A stretch of DNA of 50,411 nt from Dehalococcoidia bacterium (GCA_003552465.1 PULQ01000053.1:1-50411); one strand, 5' to 3'; shown: positions 30,232-41,582, counted from the stretch's first letter. The notes: generated from the sequence alone by a model not told the origin. Numbers and translations: made by a program.

Positions 30232-32372
30232 TGCGGCTCAGACGAATTCGCCTCACGAACTTCAAGCGGTTCGCCGACTTCGAGGCGCAGTTCAGTCCCG
30301 GCATTAACGTGGTGAAAGGGCCTCGTAACGAGATGGGCAAGTCCACTCTCCTCGAGGGCATCATCGTGGCGTTGTTTCGGGATCCCAAGAGCGCAGCAAG
30401 GGAGGTCAAGGCCTACGCCTCCTGGGGCTCGATGGACCAGTTCCGCACGAGCCTGGAGTTCGAACACGACGGAAACGGATATCTGCTCGATAAAGACTTC
30501 GACAGGGGGACCGTCAAGCTCACCGGCATTGACTCGGGTGAGGAGATCCACACCTTTAAGGAAGTAGCGGAGAGGATGGACGAACTGGTGGGGACGAAGT
30601 CCGACAAACTATTCGTGTGCTCCTGCTGCATTCGCCAGTCGCAGGTGGCCGAAATCTCAGAAGGTGAGAAGGAAATCGGCGAGAGCCTGGAGGAGGTGGT
30701 AACCGGGGGCCGGGAGAGTACACTGGCATCAAAGGTCATACAGAAGCTGGAGAGTAAGATATCCGACATGAGGAAAGGGCTGGACAAACCGGCCAGGAAC
30801 CCGGGGACCATCGCCACCCTGAGGAACAGGTTGCAGGATGCGTCGCTGAGGTACGAACAGGTCAGGGAAGAGGTCTCCAGGGTCGAGGCTCAGAAGCTTG
30901 AGCTTGTGGAAGTGACCGGGCAACTGGGTCAGGTCAAGGACGAACATGAGAAGTGCCGGGCCCTGCTGGAGAAGAACCTTAAGCGGCAGGAGATCGAGGC
31001 CGAGATCGAGAGATTGAGCAAGGAATACGAGAGAGTCCAGGGGGTTCTGGACCGGATAAGGAAGCATGAAGATGACCTGAAGAAGGCCGAGGAGGCGCTG
31101 GCGGCTACGGGCTTTGAGGATAAGCAGCAGGTTGTGGAACTGAGGAGAAAGCTGGACGACGCCCGGAGGCAGCGAGAAGACATCGGAAGAGACATGGCTG
31201 AACGAGAAGCAGAGCTGGCCGCGGCGAGAGAGAGACAGAGCAGAAGCGGGCTGATCGGATTCGTCGGTTCCGGAAAGGGCATAGCTGCTGCCGCGGCCAT
31301 CCTCGCAGGCGGGATGGTCGGAGGCCTGTTGGGGCCTGTCTACCTGATAGGCCTTACTGTAGTGGGTGCTGTTCTTCTCGTCGTAAGCCTGCGGGCTAGG
31401 ATCTCGCTTATCCGCGATAGGGCCGGCATCTCAGGTATCGAAGAGCGTGTCCGGAGCATGAAGGAATCGCTGGGGAAACTCGGCAGAGAAGAGCAGGAAC
31501 TGCTTGCGAAGTCCGGATGCAGCACAGGTGCCGAGTTCGACGAGAAAGAGAAGAGCTTCCGTCACTGGCTCGAGAAGAAGGGGGAGGCCAGATATCGCCT
31601 GGATGAGGCACTGGTAGGCAGGACCGCAGAGGACATCGAGAAGAGGAGGCTGGGACTGGCCAGGGACCTGGCTGTAGAGGAGCAGAAGCTGACCGACGAC
31701 ATGAAGCAGACAAGGGTGAGTCCCGAGCAGTTCATGGAACTGGAGGAGAGGGTGAGGAGCCTGGAGGCGAGCAGAGCCGAGCTTGAGGACCGGAGAAGAA
31801 AGGTGATGGCAACCATCGATGCGGCCAACCACGATGCCGAGGAGCAGACCAGGCTTGAGGAAGAGATAGAGGGCCTCAGGGAAGCCCTAGGAAGGCAAGA
31901 GAAGAAGGCAATGATCTATGAACTGGCCGGTGACATCATATCCAGGGCGAGGCTGGATGTGCTTTCGTCGGCCGATGAGGCGCTGCAGGGGGAAATCCAG
32001 AGGTGTTTCTCGCTCTTCACCAACGGCAAGTACCAGCGCGTAAGCGTCAACAAGGAAGACCTGGAGTTCTGGGTATACTCAGATGAGAAGGGGGACTGGG
32101 CCACCCCCAGCGAACTGAGTGGAGGGGTGATCGACGAGTTCTCCCTGGCCTTTCGGCTGGCCCTGGCACGGCTGATATTCAGCGATAAGAAACCGCCCTT
32201 GATACTGGATGACCCGTTCGTGAACTTCGACCCGGAGCGGCTGACCAGCACGCTGGACTTCTTCAGGACGCTGGCGGAGGAATACCAGATAGTCATATTC
32301 ACATTGAGCGATGACTACGATGCGGTGGCAGATAACATCGTTCTGCTCAACAGAGAGGAAAGGCTACTGTAG
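30231..32372 (+). CDS. SMC-like ATPase (YhaN/SbcC-like) with internal hydrophobic segments
   Basis: GPRNEMGKST, coiled coils, ELSGG, LILDDPFVNFD; TAATG coupling to the nuclease gene. Confidence 0.87.
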   Translation: MRLRRIRLTNFKRFADFEAQFSPGINVVKGPRNEMGKSTLLEGIIVALFRDPKSAAREVKAYASWGSMDQFRTSLEFEHDGNGYLLDKDFDRGTVKLTGIDSGEEIHTFKEVAERMDELVGTKSDKLFVCSCCIRQSQVAEISEGEKEIGESLEEVVTGGRESTLASKVIQKLESKISDMRKGLDKPARNPGTIATLRNRLQDASLRYEQVREEVSRVEAQKLELVEVTGQLGQVKDEHEKCRALLEKNLKRQEIEAEIERLSKEYERVQGVLDRIRKHEDDLKKAEEALAATGFEDKQQVVELRRKLDDARRQREDIGRDMAEREAELAAARERQSRSGLIGFVGSGKGIAAAAAILAGGMVGGLLGPVYLIGLTVVGAVLLVVSLRARISLIRDRAGISGIEERVRSMKESLGKLGREEQELLAKSGCSTGAEFDEKEKSFRHWLEKKGEARYRLDEALVGRTAEDIEKRRLGLARDLAVEEQKLTDDMKQTRVSPEQFMELEERVRSLEASRAELEDRRRKVMATIDAANHDAEEQTRLEEEIEGLREALGRQEKKAMIYELAGDIISRARLDVLSSADEALQGEIQRCFSLFTNGKYQRVSVNKEDLEFWVYSDEKGDWATPSELSGGVIDEFSLAFRLALARLIFSDKKPPLILDDPFVNFDPERLTSTLDFFRTLAEEYQIVIFTLSDDYDAVADNIVLLNREERLL

Positions 32373-32517
32373 CGAAAGGTATGTTCGCGGCGGATCGGTG
32401 GTGATCGACGGCATGCAGTGCGGTGTGAACCGAGCGGTCCCGACAGACAATAGTATAAGGAATGTGGTGTCAGACGGGGGGATACGGCTGTACTGAGTCC
32501 ATGACGGAGAGTTTATT

Positions 32518-33273
32518 GTGACGGATATGTCAGGGAGCGGCGATCTTGTGACAGGGGATGCCCGGGTTGATGGGTGGCTGACTGAACTTGTGGGGCGTCT
32601 GCGCTCGGCGTTTGGGGAACGGCTGGCGTTCGTGGGTCTCCACGGAAGCTGGGCGAGAGCAGAGCCAAGGGAGGAAAGCGACATCGATGTTGGTGTAGTT
32701 ATCGACCGAGTGGACACAGAGGACCTGACTACCTTTCGAGCTATCATCGCCGATATGCCCGATGCCAGGCGCGTGGCGAGCGGCATCTTCGTCTCGGTAC
32801 CGGAGTTACAGGCACTGCGTGGTTTCGAGCCGATACAGTTCTTCTATGGATGCAATGTGTTACATGGAACGCTCGAAGGAATCATCGAAAGGCCCGGACG
32901 CGTCGATATCAGGGAGCACATCCAGGTGACTGCGTCTGCCAATATGTTCCATGCCCGTCACTACCTGCTCTATCCGCACGATTGGAGCAAGGCCGTTCAC
33001 AAGCTCTATTACCCCTTCAAGCAGTGCTTCTATGCTCTGCAGTCGTGGATACTGCTGTGCGAGGGAAGGTTTGTCCCTACGAAGGATGGGATTATCGAGC
33101 AACTCACGGATGCGGATGACAGGGAAGTGGTACGAGTTGCCAGGGATTGGCATGAGTTGCAGCAGGACCGGGAACAACAGCCCCTGTGCTATATCGAGCT
33201 CCTCGAACGCTGGAGCAGGAACATGCTGCTAAAGCTCCGGGCTGATCCGGTTGACCCCACTCGATCGTCTTAG
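32518..33273 (+). CDS. Nucleotidyltransferase-domain protein
   Basis: GLHGSWARAE..SDIDV Pol-beta superfamily motif. Confidence 0.82.
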   Translation: MTDMSGSGDLVTGDARVDGWLTELVGRLRSAFGERLAFVGLHGSWARAEPREESDIDVGVVIDRVDTEDLTTFRAIIADMPDARRVASGIFVSVPELQALRGFEPIQFFYGCNVLHGTLEGIIERPGRVDIREHIQVTASANMFHARHYLLYPHDWSKAVHKLYYPFKQCFYALQSWILLCEGRFVPTKDGIIEQLTDADDREVVRVARDWHELQQDREQQPLCYIELLERWSRNMLLKLRADPVDPTRSS

Positions 33274-33286
33274 GCTGTGCCTGCCG

Positions 33287-34036
33287 CTAGCACCCGGCCT
33301 TGAGCCATTCGAGGATGGTTGCCATCGCTGAATCGTCGATGCGCAGCTTATGTCCCGCACCTGGGATGACTCGCAGCTCTTTCGGTTCTCCTGCTTTTTC
33401 GTAGAGCCTGTGTGCGTGCTCCAGCGGTATCAGTTCGTCGGCGTCGCCGTGCACGATGAGTAGCTGCCGTGGGGAGATCCTGTCGATCCAGTCGATAGGA
33501 GTGACGACCTCGAACCCTCGCTCCCATTCCTCTATCGAGGGTGGGAAGTGGGTATCCCGGATCACCCCGATGCTGCGAAACCGCTGTATCAAGGCTGAGG
33601 GCGTTTCCTTCTCGCGAAAAGCGACGAAGTCGGCGGGACAGGCGCAAAGTGCCACCGATGAGACCCTGGGGTCATGGGCCGCTGTGTAGACTGAGACCGC
33701 TGCTCCTCCGCTGAAGCCGAGCAGGTACAGGCGGGGCATGTCCACCGTGTCCAGGCTGCACAGATAGCCAAGGGCGGCCCGCAGGTCACGGGTCCAACCG
33801 AGCATATCCAGGTTGCCTTCGCTTTTGCCCGCTCCCCGGAAGCTGAATATCAGGGTGACGAAGCCGGCAGCACAGAACAGTTCGGCGAGTAGCGTGTAGC
33901 CCCTGTCGGTGGGGTCGGGAGGGCCGGCAGGAATACCGTGGCAGATGCAGAGTGCCGGGTGTTGTCCCTCTTCCGGTGGAACGTGAAGCTCGCCTGCGAG
34001 TTCGTGTCCGTCGCTGTGCAGGAGGATTTCTCTCAC
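33287..34036 (-). CDS. Alpha/beta hydrolase
   Basis: CHG, GFSGG nucleophile elbow, HGDADE, GAGH. Confidence 0.88.
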   Translation of the reverse strand: MREILLHSDGHELAGELHVPPEEGQHPALCICHGIPAGPPDPTDRGYTLLAELFCAAGFVTLIFSFRGAGKSEGNLDMLGWTRDLRAALGYLCSLDTVDMPRLYLLGFSGGAAVSVYTAAHDPRVSSVALCACPADFVAFREKETPSALIQRFRSIGVIRDTHFPPSIEEWERGFEVVTPIDWIDRISPRQLLIVHGDADELIPLEHAHRLYEKAGEPKELRVIPGAGHKLRIDDSAMATILEWLKAGC

Positions 34037-34052
34037 GGCTCCCCCAGAGCGA

Positions 34053-34658
34053 TCAGAAATAGGGCACTCGTCTCTGCTTTCTGAAGATGAGACCGGCTGC
34101 CAGCCCCACGAGCAACCCTCCGAGGTGGGCCTGCCAGCCGATCCTCGTTGCTACGCCGATGGGCAAAACGATGAGTATGAAGAAGAAGATGAGGATTGCA
34201 ACCCAGAGTGGCATTGGTACGGGGATGGGAAATATCAAGACCGGCGCCTTGGGAACCGTTATGGCGAGTAGTCCGCCGAGAGCGAAGATAGCCCCCGAAG
34301 CCCCGTAGCCGAGTAGAGTAGAGCCTGTCAGATGAGCGTATAGAATCAGGAACAGGCTTCCCACGATTCCGCCGATGAAGTACACCGCCAGGAATCTGTT
34401 CTCTCCTAACACCCTGATCACAAAACTGCCCAGGAAGTACAGGCTGATCATGTTGAACAATATGTGGGTCCAGAGGATGGGATCATGTATGAACATGCTG
34501 CTTAGAATTGTCCACGGGCGCTGTGATACCTGTGCAGTGTCGAGGCCAAACGTAGTAGTCATGGTCTCTGGCCTGAACAGGGTGATCACGAAGAGCGCTA
34601 CATTCAGGGCTATCAAGAATAGGAGGGGGTGCAGGTTGACGGGGCCGTAGGCTCGCAT
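34053..34658 (-). CDS. Rhomboid family intramembrane serine protease
   Basis: HILFNM, GASGA, AHLGG; TATAAT lies 6 nt before the ATG at 34658 (leaderless start), alternative start 34685. Confidence 0.9.
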   Translation of the reverse strand: MRAYGPVNLHPLLFLIALNVALFVITLFRPETMTTTFGLDTAQVSQRPWTILSSMFIHDPILWTHILFNMISLYFLGSFVIRVLGENRFLAVYFIGGIVGSLFLILYAHLTGSTLLGYGASGAIFALGGLLAITVPKAPVLIFPIPVPMPLWVAILIFFFILIVLPIGVATRIGWQAHLGGLLVGLAAGLIFRKQRRVPYF

Positions 34659-34740
34659 TCGCCAATTATAGATCAAACGATCCATACGTTCAACAGCGTT
34701 GCCTCAGCCAGTTGGTCGGCTATGGTTGGACGTCCGGGTG

Positions 34741-34769
34741 TTGACAGATGCTTCGGGGGAACTTAGTAT
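34741..34769 (+). promoter_or_regulatory. Sigma70-type promoter
   Basis: TTGACA-17 nt-TAGTAT. Confidence 0.55.
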
Positions 34770-34811
34770 ATGGCAGGAGGTTGAATCCTGACAGGGTTTT
34801 TGGGTGAAATC

Positions 34812-34831
34812 TTAACAGGATTTTAACATTT
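34812..34831 (+). promoter_or_regulatory. TTAACA-N5-TTAACA box (copy 3)
   Basis: TTAACAGGATTTTAACATTT followed by CAG-TGG-CATCAT. Confidence 0.75.
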
Positions 34832-35014
34832 CAGTGGCATCATTGTAATCGGGGTCTTGTGGCCGCGTGCCGGAGAGTGACGATAGCCCTGCTGGTGGAG
34901 GAGATTCGGCGCGATCCGGATGAGCCGGACCGCGGGGCGGGACGAGGCTTGGGGCAGGACGACCCCGGTGATTGTCGGCCGGCACATCGAGTAACTGAAG
35001 AGAAGGCAGAATTA

Positions 35015-36103
35015 GTGGTGAAGAGCAAATGGCTACGGGCGGTAATCGCGACTGCGGTTGTGCTCACATTGGCGCTGTCGATGTCAGGCTGTGGGCCGAT
35101 TGACGAGTTTTACAGCTACGAGTTCGGTTCGACCAGCGCCGCCTCCACGCATTACGTGGCCGCGGCGGTTCTGGCCAGCATAATCAACACCGGGAATCCG
35201 GACATGAAGATCACCGTAGTAGAGAGTGGCGCCACTCATGACAACCTCATAAAGACGCAGGCCGGAAAACTCGACGGGGGTTTTGCAACCAGCTGGGACG
35301 GCATGGCCATGGCATACAACGGCACCACGATGAGCGAGTATATTGCCTATGGCGAATGGCCAGAGTTGAGGATGATGTCCGGCTATGTTCACAACTACGT
35401 GCTTGTTGTGGTTCTGGACCACGATGATCAGGAGGAAGGTGAGGAGGGGGAGATTATAGAGACGCTGTATGATCTTCACGGCAAGAGGTTTTCGGCGGGA
35501 GTAGCAGGCTCGGTGACCGAGTTCAACATCCGCCGCCAGTTTGACTCCCTGGGGATCGAACCGGAGTGGGTCAGCGCCAGCTATCCGGACGTCATTGAGA
35601 TGGCCAGGAACCGTGAGATCGTGGGATTTGCCAGGGCCTCAACTAGTATCAGGCTTGATGCCTCGATGCGTGACCTGCACAGCGAGATAGGCATCACGGT
35701 GTTGGGTTGGCCGGAGGAAGATCTGGAACCGGCTCTGGTGGCCACTCCGGGAACGTCGGCGCACTGGGTTCCCGAGGATGCGGTTGAAGGCCTGTCGGTG
35801 CCCGGATTCTACACTATGGGACATACAACCGGTATCTTCGTTACTACAGCTATCCCGCAGGACGTGATGTATCGCATGGCGAAGACATACGTCGACAAGT
35901 GGGATCAGTTTGCCAGAGCCTGGTCCGCGGCTGGAGACTGGACGCCGCTGGAGACCGACCTCGCGCTTCTCAACGATATGGTGGGCAGAGTCGATATGCC
36001 GCCGTTGCACGCAGGCGTCGTTCAACTGATGAAGGAGAGGGGATATGAAGTGGAACCGGCGTTGATCGGGCCTGAGTACGACGAAGACGCTGTCGACCGC
36101 TAG
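35015..36103 (+). CDS. TAXI-family TRAP transporter solute-binding lipoprotein
   Basis: Lipobox-like SMSGC, VESGATHDNL, LYDLHGKRFSAG..GS, PPLHAG; GTG start inferred. Confidence 0.82.
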   Translation: MVKSKWLRAVIATAVVLTLALSMSGCGPIDEFYSYEFGSTSAASTHYVAAAVLASIINTGNPDMKITVVESGATHDNLIKTQAGKLDGGFATSWDGMAMAYNGTTMSEYIAYGEWPELRMMSGYVHNYVLVVVLDHDDQEEGEEGEIIETLYDLHGKRFSAGVAGSVTEFNIRRQFDSLGIEPEWVSASYPDVIEMARNREIVGFARASTSIRLDASMRDLHSEIGITVLGWPEEDLEPALVATPGTSAHWVPEDAVEGLSVPGFYTMGHTTGIFVTTAIPQDVMYRMAKTYVDKWDQFARAWSAAGDWTPLETDLALLNDMVGRVDMPPLHAGVVQLMKERGYEVEPALIGPEYDEDAVDR

Positions 36104-36208
36104 GTCTACGGGCAGACTTGCCCGGTTGGCCCGGTCACCCGGTGAAGAACACAGGGGAATGCAGATCGGGTCTGCCTGTCAGCCGGCTCCATGCCTTCTC
36201 AACCTGCG

Positions 36209-37243
36209 TTACCTCAGAGTATGCAGCCTTTTGATCTCCTCGATGTGCTCGTCAAACCCCTCGGGCTTCCTGGCAGTTGATGGGTCTCCCAGCGGGTCCT
36301 CTATCTCGGTGTCGCCCATGAGCACATCAAACATGGACTTTGCGGAGAAAGCGCCTACCCTCAGGCTGTAGCCGCCCTCGAGGGTGAAGACAAGACGCCC
36401 CAGGCATAGCTCATCGGCCAGTTCCTTCAGTATCATGGTCAACCGGGCAAAACCCCGAACGGTCGCCCTCATCATAGCCAGGTGGTCCGCCCAGTGAGCG
36501 TCGAATCCCGCGGAAACCAGTATGAGTTCGGGGCTGAATCTACGTGCTACCGGAATCAGAACCTCGTTGAAAGCCCTCAGTAGCTCCTCATCGCCCCAGC
36601 CGGCGGCCATGGGGATGTTGACCGTAGTTCCCTCACCATCTCCGGTTCCCCTTTCCTCCATCCGCCCTGTGCCCGGGTAGAAGGGATACTCGTGGGTTGA
36701 GAAGTAGAGGACCTTCGGGTCGGCGTAGAAGGCATACTGGGTGCCGTTGCCATGATGCACATCGAAGTCGACGATGAGAACGCGGCTGAGGCCGCAGTTC
36801 TCCAGGGCGAATCTGGCAGCTATAGCCACGCTGTTGAATAGACAGAAGCCCATCCCTCGATCAGCGACAGCGTGGTGTCCCGGCGGCCTGACCAGGGCAA
36901 AGGCGCTATCGACGTTGCCTCTCATCACCGCATCCACGCCGACCATCAGCCCGCCGGCGGCGTATGCGGCAGCATCATAAGATCTGTGACTCACTACAGT
37001 CTCCGGATCGAGCCATCCGCCGCCACTCTCGGCCTTGCTCTTGACGTAGGCTATGTACTCCGGCGTATGAATCAACTCGAGTTCCTCTTGAGATGCCGGG
37101 CGTGGCGCCAGCATTTGCAGCCTCTGTGTGGTGCCGGTTGACTCCAGGTGGGATATTATGGCCGTCAGCCTCTTCGGATTCTCCAGGTGTTCACCGGTAT
37201 CGTGCTCCAGGTAGATCTGATCGTAGATGAGGCCTGCTTTCAT
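36209..37243 (-). CDS. Histone deacetylase family protein
   Basis: RPPGHHA, GFCLFN, DFDVHHGNGTQ, SAGFDAH, LEGGY; start placed at MKAG. Confidence 0.93.
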   Translation of the reverse strand: MKAGLIYDQIYLEHDTGEHLENPKRLTAIISHLESTGTTQRLQMLAPRPASQEELELIHTPEYIAYVKSKAESGGGWLDPETVVSHRSYDAAAYAAGGLMVGVDAVMRGNVDSAFALVRPPGHHAVADRGMGFCLFNSVAIAARFALENCGLSRVLIVDFDVHHGNGTQYAFYADPKVLYFSTHEYPFYPGTGRMEERGTGDGEGTTVNIPMAAGWGDEELLRAFNEVLIPVARRFSPELILVSAGFDAHWADHLAMMRATVRGFARLTMILKELADELCLGRLVFTLEGGYSLRVGAFSAKSMFDVLMGDTEIEDPLGDPSTARKPEGFDEHIEEIKRLHTLR

Positions 37244-37365
37244 AGCCTGCCCATGATAGCAGAGCCCCTCGTGCCGGGACAACTGCCGTCGTTCGGGTTG
37301 CGCACCGAGGGCAGCATTCATGGCGACTAAGGTGTATACTCTACGGTGACGATGGGGTTCCGAAC

Positions 37366-38157
37366 ATGACCGGTGAAGAGATAGTAGCTCTGCTCGACGA
37401 AGCGGAAAAGAGATTCGCTACCGAATCCAGGCTGGTAGAACTGGACTCAGGCGGAGCGGTTTTCGTCGGCGACACTCATGGCGATGTCGAGGCCACTGAG
37501 AAGATCTTGAACAGGTACCTCAGGTCCGGTAACAAAGTGGTGTTCCTCGGAGACTATGTTGATCGCGGATCGGCATCGCTGGAGAACATCAACCTGTTGC
37601 TTGAACAGAAGATCAAGCACCCCGATCATCTCTTCCTGCTCATGGGAAACCATGAGGGTTACACGGTCAAGTCTTTCCAGCCTGCGGGTTTCTGGGAAGG
37701 ACTGGATGACGGACTGCGTCGGCGATATGGAGAAGTCCTCCTGACCCTGCCGCTGGCCGTCTCAACGCAGAATGGTATCCTGGCTGTACACGGAGGGCTC
37801 CCGGACGTGCCGGATCTCGAGGGCATGTCACGGATAGAGCCGGGTAGCACCGAGTGGAACCAGTTGACCTGGGGAGACTGGCAGGAAAGTGAAGGAGCGC
37901 ATCTGGGGGCAGATCCCTATACCGGTAGACCCCAGTTCGGGCGTGGCTGGTTCGACGGGATGATGTCCCGCCTGGGCAAGAACCTGCTTATCAGGTCCCA
38001 CCAGCCTGACGCTCCGCGGGTGATGTACGACAGGAGATGCCTCACCATCTTCACCTCATCCTCCTCCAGCTACTACACAGGTGAGCGCACCATAGCGGTA
38101 GTCGACCTCTCCAGAGAGGTCAGGAACGCCGACGACGTGCGGATCGAGACCGTCTAG
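37366..38157 (+). CDS. PPP-family Ser/Thr phosphatase-like metallophosphoesterase
   Basis: GDTHG, GDYVDRG, GNHE, VHGGLP, IRSHQ, LTIFTS. Confidence 0.88.
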   Translation: MTGEEIVALLDEAEKRFATESRLVELDSGGAVFVGDTHGDVEATEKILNRYLRSGNKVVFLGDYVDRGSASLENINLLLEQKIKHPDHLFLLMGNHEGYTVKSFQPAGFWEGLDDGLRRRYGEVLLTLPLAVSTQNGILAVHGGLPDVPDLEGMSRIEPGSTEWNQLTWGDWQESEGAHLGADPYTGRPQFGRGWFDGMMSRLGKNLLIRSHQPDAPRVMYDRRCLTIFTSSSSSYYTGERTIAVVDLSREVRNADDVRIETV

Positions 38158-39365
38158 AGCCCGGCTTCTCTTCTCAGTGTATCGGCCCTGTCGGTTCTCT
38201 CCCAGGGCAGGTCGAGGTCTGCTCTGCCGAAGTGGCCATAGGTAGCAGTCTGTAAGTATATTGGCCTGCGCAGGTCCAGCGTCCTCATAATGGACTCGGG
38301 GCGAAAGTCAAAATGCCTGCCTATTAGATCCGATATGACGTCATCGGAGACCTTCCCGGTGCTGAACGTTTCGACCGACAGTGAAAGGGGGTGGGCCTTT
38401 CCGATGGTATAGGCGACCTGAAGCTCGAGGTATTCAGCAAGCCCTGCAGCCACTATGTTCTTGGCAACATACCTTGCCATATAGGCTGCCGAGCGGTCGC
38501 CCTTGGTCGGATCCTTGCCCGAGAAGGCCCCGCCTCCGTGCCCGCATGCGCTGCCGTAGGTATCGGCGATTATCTTCCGTCCGGTAAAACCGGTGTCGCT
38601 CACCGGTCCGCCGATGACGAACTGTCCGGCGCTGTTGACATAGTATTCGGTATCGCCATCCAGCAGATCGCCGGGAATGGTCCTCTTGATCACCTGGTCC
38701 ACGAGGTCGCGCTCAATGGTGCTGTGTTCTATCCCGGGGTCGTGCTGCGCACCCAGGACGATGCAGACAATCCTCTTGGGTTTGCCGTGGCTGTCCTCCA
38801 CCGTTACCTGTGTCTTGCCGTCGGGCCTCAGATATGGCACAACGCCGTCCTTCCTCACCAGGGCAAGGCGCTGACACAGCTTGTGTGCCAGCGTGATCGG
38901 TAGCGGCATGAGTTCCGGGGTCTCATTGCAGGCAAAGCCGACCATCATGCCCTGGTCGCCGGCACCGGTCTTGTCCAGAACGGCATCCGTCGCCTCGCCT
39001 GTTCTTGCCTCCAGGGACTGAACGACCCCGGCCGCGATGTCGCTCGACTGTTCCTTGACCGAGACAAGCACGCCGCACGTTCGATAGTCGAAGCCGTACT
39101 CGGGTCTCGTGTAACCCGCCTCTTTGACCACCCGGCGCACGATCTCCGGGATCTCTACGTAGCAGTCGCAGGTGACCTCACCCAGCACTATCACCATGCC
39201 CATTGCCACAGAGACCTCGCAGGCCACCCTGGCGAACGGGTCCTTGGCCAGCATGGCGTCGAGGATGGCATCCGAAATCCGGTCGCATAGCTTGTCGGGA
39301 TGTCCCTCGGTTACACATTCGGCAGTGGCCAGATAAGAGGCCGACTGGTTGAAACTATTGGTCAT
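38154..39365 (-). CDS. metK: S-adenosylmethionine synthetase
   Basis: [22 protein letters not shown]. Confidence 0.97.
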   Translation of the reverse strand: MTNSFNQSASYLATAECVTEGHPDKLCDRISDAILDAMLAKDPFARVACEVSVAMGMVIVLGEVTCDCYVEIPEIVRRVVKEAGYTRPEYGFDYRTCGVLVSVKEQSSDIAAGVVQSLEARTGEATDAVLDKTGAGDQGMMVGFACNETPELMPLPITLAHKLCQRLALVRKDGVVPYLRPDGKTQVTVEDSHGKPKRIVCIVLGAQHDPGIEHSTIERDLVDQVIKRTIPGDLLDGDTEYYVNSAGQFVIGGPVSDTGFTGRKIIADTYGSACGHGGGAFSGKDPTKGDRSAAYMARYVAKNIVAAGLAEYLELQVAYTIGKAHPLSLSVETFSTGKVSDDVISDLIGRHFDFRPESIMRTLDLRRPIYLQTATYGHFGRADLDLPWERTDRADTLRREAGL

Positions 39366-39377
39366 CTCTGCTCCTTT

Positions 39378-40634
39378 CTAAGTCCCTTCTTCCCAGCTTG
39401 CGAGGTACTTCTCCTGCTCCGGGGTCAGGGAATCGATGGCGATGTTCATTGATGCCAGCTTGAGTCGGCCTACCTCCTGGTCGATGTCCTCTGGCACGGC
39501 GTAGACCGCCGGCTCAAGCTGTCGCTTCATCCTGGTGAGATACTCCAAGCACAGTGCCTGATTGGCGAAGCTCATGTCCATAACACTGGCCGGGTGCCCC
39601 TCGGCGGCGGCCAGGTTGATTAGCCGCCCCTCTCCCAACAGGTAGATGCGCCGTCCGTCGTTGACAGTGTACTCGTCCACAAACGTACGTATCCGTCTCT
39701 TCGTCCGGGACAGGCGTTCCAGGGCCGGTATGTCTATCTCCACGTTGAAGTGGCCACTGTTGGCCACGATGGCTCCGTCCCTCATCGCAAGCAGGTGGGC
39801 TTCGTCGATGACATGCGTGTCGCCGGTAGTGGTGATGAAGACCTCGCCCAGCTCACAGGCCTTGATCAGCGGCATAACCTGGTAGCCGTCCATAGCCGCT
39901 TCCAGGGCCGCGATCGGCTTGACCTCGGTCACTATGACCTGCGCCCCCAGTCCCTGCGCCCGCCTGGCTATTCCCTTGCCGCACCAGCCGTAGCCGCAGA
40001 CGACCACCTTCCTTCCTGACCACAGTATGTTGGTGGCCCTGGTGATGCCGTCTATCGTGCTCTGCCCCGTTCCGTACCTGTTGTCGAATAGGTGCTTGGT
40101 CTGAGCATCGTTAACGGCGATGATGGGGTAGACCAGCTTGCCCGCCCTGGCCATGTTCCTCAGCCTGATGACCCCCGTGGTCGTCTCTTCTGTGCCTCCG
40201 ATCACCTTGGCGGCCAGCGCCGGGTAGTCCTTATGGAGAGTGGACACCAGGTCCGCCCCATCGTCCATCGTGATGTGAGGCTCATGCTCGAGAGCGCTAA
40301 CGATATGGCGGTAATACGTATCGTTGTCCTCGCCCCTGATGGCATTGACGGCGACGCCGTATTCAACAAGGGCAGCGGTGACATCGTCCTGCGTAGACAG
40401 CGGATTTGAGGCACAAAGGATAACCTCGGCACCGCCTTCTTGCAGGGCCAGGGCCAGGTTGGCAGTCTCTGTAGTGACATGGAGGCAGGCGGAGATGGGC
40501 ACTCCCTTGAGAGGCTTCTCCTCGCTGAATCTCTCCCTGATCGACCCGACCACCGGCATCTCCTTGGCGGCCCAGTCGATGCGTAGCCTGCCCTCCGGGG
40601 CCAGCGAGCGGTCTTTGATATCGCAATTCTTCAT
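39378..40634 (-). CDS. ahcY: Adenosylhomocysteinase
   Basis: [38 protein letters not shown]. Confidence 0.97.
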   Translation of the reverse strand: MKNCDIKDRSLAPEGRLRIDWAAKEMPVVGSIRERFSEEKPLKGVPISACLHVTTETANLALALQEGGAEVILCASNPLSTQDDVTAALVEYGVAVNAIRGEDNDTYYRHIVSALEHEPHITMDDGADLVSTLHKDYPALAAKVIGGTEETTTGVIRLRNMARAGKLVYPIIAVNDAQTKHLFDNRYGTGQSTIDGITRATNILWSGRKVVVCGYGWCGKGIARRAQGLGAQVIVTEVKPIAALEAAMDGYQVMPLIKACELGEVFITTTGDTHVIDEAHLLAMRDGAIVANSGHFNVEIDIPALERLSRTKRRIRTFVDEYTVNDGRRIYLLGEGRLINLAAAEGHPASVMDMSFANQALCLEYLTRMKRQLEPAVYAVPEDIDQEVGRLKLASMNIAIDSLTPEQEKYLASWEEGT

Positions 40635-40675
40635 TCTTCTGCTCCGGGCGTGGCGATCAGTTCGGGGCCGCACAT

Positions 40676-41569
40676 TCAGCCGGCCCTGATAGGCCTTATC
40701 ATCCGGTTGTTCAGCTGGGCGGCAACCGAATCAGGTATGTCCACTGTGCCCATGATTGGCGGCTTCTGGTGGCAATCGCTGCCGCCGGTCATGAACATAC
40801 CATGTCTCCTGGCGAACTGGATGTAGTGTGCTGTAGTTCTCCGGTCGCTCCTGGAATGCCAGCACTCCACGCCATCGAGGTATTGTAGCATACATTCCTC
40901 TATCACCTGCGTCTGCTTCTCCAGGTCACGGGTTATGCTTGCCAGAGAGGTGCCGTTGGGGTCACTGGGGTGTGCGTGCACCAGTATACCTCCGGCGTTT
41001 CTGATCAGTTGGGAAGCCTCAGCCAGGGAGAGCGGATACTTCGGCACCTCGCACTTCACCAGGTACTTATCGAAGGCGTGCTGCTTGTCCCTGGCGAGTC
41101 CCTTCTCTATCAGGTAGTTCGCGATATGAGGTCGCCCGAAGACGCCGTCCACACCCGCCTCAATGTTCTTAAGGTCTTGCTCGCCGAATCTCTCGATGCC
41201 TTCCTTCGCAAGTTCGACGTTCAGTTTGTCCAGGATTAGGCGCGCCCGTCTCTGCCTGTGCTCCTTGAGCACCCGCAGCTTCTCCTGCAGTTCGCGGTTG
41301 CCGATATCGTAGCCATAGCCCAGGAAGTCGAGCGAGACGTCTCTATCCTCGTCCCGGCAGGGGAAGGTCACATTGAGCTCGATTCCGGTGATGTAGCACA
41401 TGCCGTATCGCCCCGCCAGGGCGATGGCCTGCACCTGAGCTTCCAGGGAATCGTGATCGGTGATGGAGATGAAGTCGATACTCCTTCTGGAGGCTTCGGC
41501 AAATACATCGTTGACGTCAAGGTTTCCGTCCGAGCCGGTACTGGTGTGGATGTGAAGGTCTATCCTCAT
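40676..41569 (-). CDS. PHP domain protein
   Basis: DLHIHT..SDG, ITDHD, GRPHIA, AHP, GGSDCH. Confidence 0.9.
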   Translation of the reverse strand: MRIDLHIHTSTGSDGNLDVNDVFAEASRRSIDFISITDHDSLEAQVQAIALAGRYGMCYITGIELNVTFPCRDEDRDVSLDFLGYGYDIGNRELQEKLRVLKEHRQRRARLILDKLNVELAKEGIERFGEQDLKNIEAGVDGVFGRPHIANYLIEKGLARDKQHAFDKYLVKCEVPKYPLSLAEASQLIRNAGGILVHAHPSDPNGTSLASITRDLEKQTQVIEECMLQYLDGVECWHSRSDRRTTAHYIQFARRHGMFMTGGSDCHQKPPIMGTVDIPDSVAAQLNNRMIRPIRAG

Positions 41570-41582
41570 CGGGATCAAGCAG

